From: Anaerolineaceae bacterium
GTDB taxonomy: Bacteria > Chloroflexota > Anaerolineae > Anaerolineales > Anaerolineaceae
DNA: 47,728 nucleotides
Assembly (NCBI GenBank): GCA_039680395.1
Contig: JBDKSY010000081.1
Location: forward strand, 1 to 47,728
Reading direction: 5' to 3'
The notes beneath the pieces are model-generated. The model was not told the origin of the DNA, did not search any database, and saw nothing but the letters and a program-made list of their open reading frames with translations. Positions 45,710 to 47,728 of the stretch are shown here, piece by piece (within the stretch, counting starts at the first letter, position 1; the number at the start of each line of letters is the position of its first letter). A program made the position numbers and the translations under genes.

Positions 45710-47728
45710 ACCGCGTGTCTCTCAAAAACCTGTCGTCAATTATCAAGGCGGCAAATTGGGGGTTTCTGCTGTTCCGGGGAGTGGAAAAACCACTACCCTC
45801 TCTATGCTGGCTGTCCAATTGATCAAAAATGGAAAGATCAATGAAGACGAAGAGATACTGATCGTTACCCTGGTCAATTCTGCTGTTGACAACTTCAATG
45901 CACGCATTCAAGAAATGCTGCACGATGCCAGGCAAATTCCTGGAATGGGGTATCGCGTGCGTACATTGCATGGTCTGGCAAATGATATTGTTCGTCAGAA
46001 ACCAGCTTTGGCTGGTCTTTCAAACACTTATGAAATCGCAGATGAGAATATTCAAAGAAACCTGCGTGATGCAGCGGTAAAAAAATGGATCCGGCTTCAT
46101 CCTGAGGTGGTACAAGACCTTACGTCAGAATTTCACAGCCTGGATAATTATAAAGTTCGTAATGGATGGCATGACCTGGTAGATGGGATTGCCACCGCAT
46201 TCATCCGTCAGGCAAAAGATCTCAGGGTTGAACCTGCGACAATCGAGGAAAGGATGAGAACCCACGGTTGGCAGAATGAACTGCTTCAAATGGGATTGGA
46301 AATATATACAGACTATCAGCAGGGTCTGGCATATCGTGGTGCAATTGATTTTGATGATCTGATTGGGATGGCTCTATTTATCCTGAATTCTGACCCTGAT
46401 TATCTGGCGGAATTACAGGCGCGTTGGCCATACATTTTAGAAGACGAAGCTCAAGACTCCAGCCGTATGCAAGAGGAGATCCTACGGAAACTAAGCGGTG
46501 TAAATGGTAATTGGGTGCGTGTGGGTGATCCCAACCAGGCAATTTATGAGACATTCACCACGGCGAATCCTGAATATCTCATCCGTTTCATGCAAGAGAA
46601 AGGTGTTTCGCGTTGCAATTTGCCCGAATCGGGGCGCTCCACTGCCAGTATTATTCGCCTTGCGAATAACTTGATCCAGTGGACCGAAGATCAACATCCC
46701 AATGTTCTTCTTCGCCAGTCGTTGCGTGAACCTTTGATCAATGTCACCGATCCCAACGACCCACATCCTAACCCACCCGATAACCCTGCGGGAATTACCC
46801 TTTACCTGAATAAACTGACTTCTGAAGAAGAACTAAAACTAGCGGTACGATCAGTAAAATATTGGCTGCCAGATCACCCAGATCAAACGGTTGCCATGCT
46901 TATCCCCAGCAATTACTATGGAGAAAAACTGGTTGAAGAGTTAAAAAAGAACAGTGTTCCTCACCATGAATTGCTGCGAACAACAGATTCCACCCGAAAG
47001 ACCGTCAATTTATTTACACAAATTCTTCAGCATCTATCTACCCCTGCAAAGACATCGGCTCTGTCAGATGTTTTCTCAGCCATTACCAGATTTCTTTGCC
47101 ATGATGAGAGGCTATCTCCAATTGATACAGAAATTGTTCGACTGCTAAAGGGTTTGAAAAAGCCTGAAGCTTTCTTGTGGCCTACTCCCAGTCAATCCTG
47201 GATGGAAGCCTTTCCTGACAATCTGGAAAACGCAGAGATCTTTCAAAAATTAGAAGTTTTCCAAAAACAATTGCAGAGATGGCATAATGCCTGCCTGTTA
47301 CCAATTGATCAACTTATTCTGATCATAGCAATGGATCTGTTCACCGATATGACTGATCTGGCATTGGCGAATAAAATTGCTCAGGTGTTGGAACATGCGT
47401 CATCTGACAATCCCGAATTCAGTCTGTCTGATTTCACAGCCATGCTTTTACCCATTGCCCATAATAAAGAAAACTTTGCAGGATTTTCCGATAAAGATAA
47501 AGGATTTGATCCAGATCAATACAAAGGGCAGGTAGTGGTTTCCACTTATCATAAAGCGAAAGGCCTGGAGTGGGATCGAGTATATCTGCTTTCGGTAAAT
47601 AATTTTGATTTTCCATCTGGTGATGAACAGGATAACTATGTTTCTGAAAAATATTTTGTCAAAGATCAACTCAACCTGGAAGCAGAAATCCTGGCGCAAT
47701 TGGATCATCTATTGGGAGTAGATGATAA
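45702..47728 (+). CDS. UvrD/PcrA/AddA-like SF1 helicase; C-terminus beyond the window
   Basis: Open frame with no stop through 47728, so it is not in the track. ATG 45702 overlaps the upstream stop (ATGTTTGA). My translation shows MFEPRVSQKPVVNYQGGKLGVSAVPGSGKTTT (Walker A), YILEDEAQDSS (motif II), RVGDPNQAIYETF (motif III), LPESGRSTASII (motif IV) and VSTYHKAKGLEWDRVYL (motif VI). Confidence 0.85.
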   Translation, partial: MFEPRVSQKPVVNYQGGKLGVSAVPGSGKTTTLSMLAVQLIKNGKINEDEEILIVTLVNSAVDNFNARIQEMLHDARQIPGMGYRVRTLHGLANDIVRQKPALAGLSNTYEIADENIQRNLRDAAVKKWIRLHPEVVQDLTSEFHSLDNYKVRNGWHDLVDGIATAFIRQAKDLRVEPATIEERMRTHGWQNELLQMGLEIYTDYQQGLAYRGAIDFDDLIGMALFILNSDPDYLAELQARWPYILEDEAQDSSRMQEEILRKLSGVNGNWVRVGDPNQAIYETFTTANPEYLIRFMQEKGVSRCNLPESGRSTASIIRLANNLIQWTEDQHPNVLLRQSLREPLINVTDPNDPHPNPPDNPAGITLYLNKLTSEEELKLAVRSVKYWLPDHPDQTVAMLIPSNYYGEKLVEELKKNSVPHHELLRTTDSTRKTVNLFTQILQHLSTPAKTSALSDVFSAITRFLCHDERLSPIDTEIVRLLKGLKKPEAFLWPTPSQSWMEAFPDNLENAEIFQKLEVFQKQLQRWHNACLLPIDQLILIIAMDLFTDMTDLALANKIAQVLEHASSDNPEFSLSDFTAMLLPIAHNKENFAGFSDKDKGFDPDQYKGQVVVSTYHKAKGLEWDRVYLLSVNNFDFPSGDEQDNYVSEKYFVKDQLNLEAEILAQLDHLLGVDD

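Noticed and set aside
45666-46766. Minus-strand ORFs (101 and 91 aa) and short plus-strand ORFs listed where the track shows no long gene.
   Set aside because: The region is occupied by the open-ended UvrD-like gene starting at 45702. It is absent from the track only because it has no stop in the window, and its helicase motifs are clear.
1-47728. Search by eye for CRISPR-like direct repeats, tRNA/rRNA genes, IS inverted repeats, integrases and toxin-antitoxin pairs.
   Set aside because: None was found. All intergenic regions are 210 nt or shorter, apart from the region upstream of the alternative (7070) Prx start, and are explained by promoters or terminators. No T-loop-like GTTCRANYC context was seen. 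A computational scan (tRNAscan-SE, Infernal, ISEScan) would be needed to be definitive.

Overview
This is a densely coding, moderately AT-rich bacterial chromosomal segment. I can support 48 protein-coding genes. I found no rRNA, tRNA, CRISPR array, IS element or prophage. The gene content suggests a Chloroflexota (Anaerolineae-like) or similar organism, but that is inference only: SufR-type suf control, type-2 IDI, a secretin-less Flp/Tad operon, polyphosphate glucokinase, long HPF and glgA-malQ. Gene order: sufC-B-D-(small Tudor-like ORF)-S on the minus strand, divergent from sufR plus a DUF59/SufT-like gene; SCP2; peroxiredoxin; corA; degV; folE, polyprenyl synthase and fni; an orphan ACP; sucCD; an SPFH-HTH fusion with a helical partner; flp-cpaB-cpaE-cpaF-tadB-tadC-comFC-hpf as one tight co-directional string; efp with a Cys-rich ORF and a HAD-DinB fusion; ftsH; miaA and yraN; cinA-like; an MtaD-type deaminase fused to a CYTH-like domain; glgA and malQ; an EamA transporter; sodA; ferredoxin; ppgK; mltG and ruvX with a membrane-anchored baseplate-J-like protein; a lipoprotein; and a DEDDh exonuclease followed by two translationally coupled UvrD/AddAB-like helicase-family genes, the last running off the window. 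Two edge genes (sufS at the left end, the UvrD-like gene at the right end) are absent from the ORF track because they have no stop in the window; I read them directly. Most of the window is ordinary housekeeping DNA. The items most worth follow-up are: (1) a peroxiredoxin with an in-frame TGA exactly at the peroxidatic Cys codon, a candidate selenoprotein; (2) the exonuclease plus dead-helicase plus helicase operon; (3) the SPFH-excisionase-HTH fusion and its partner; (4) the deaminase-CYTH fusion; (5) an EF-P with Arg32 in a PGRG loop, followed by an uncharacterised two-gene tail. All domain calls come from reading motifs by eye. No database search was run.
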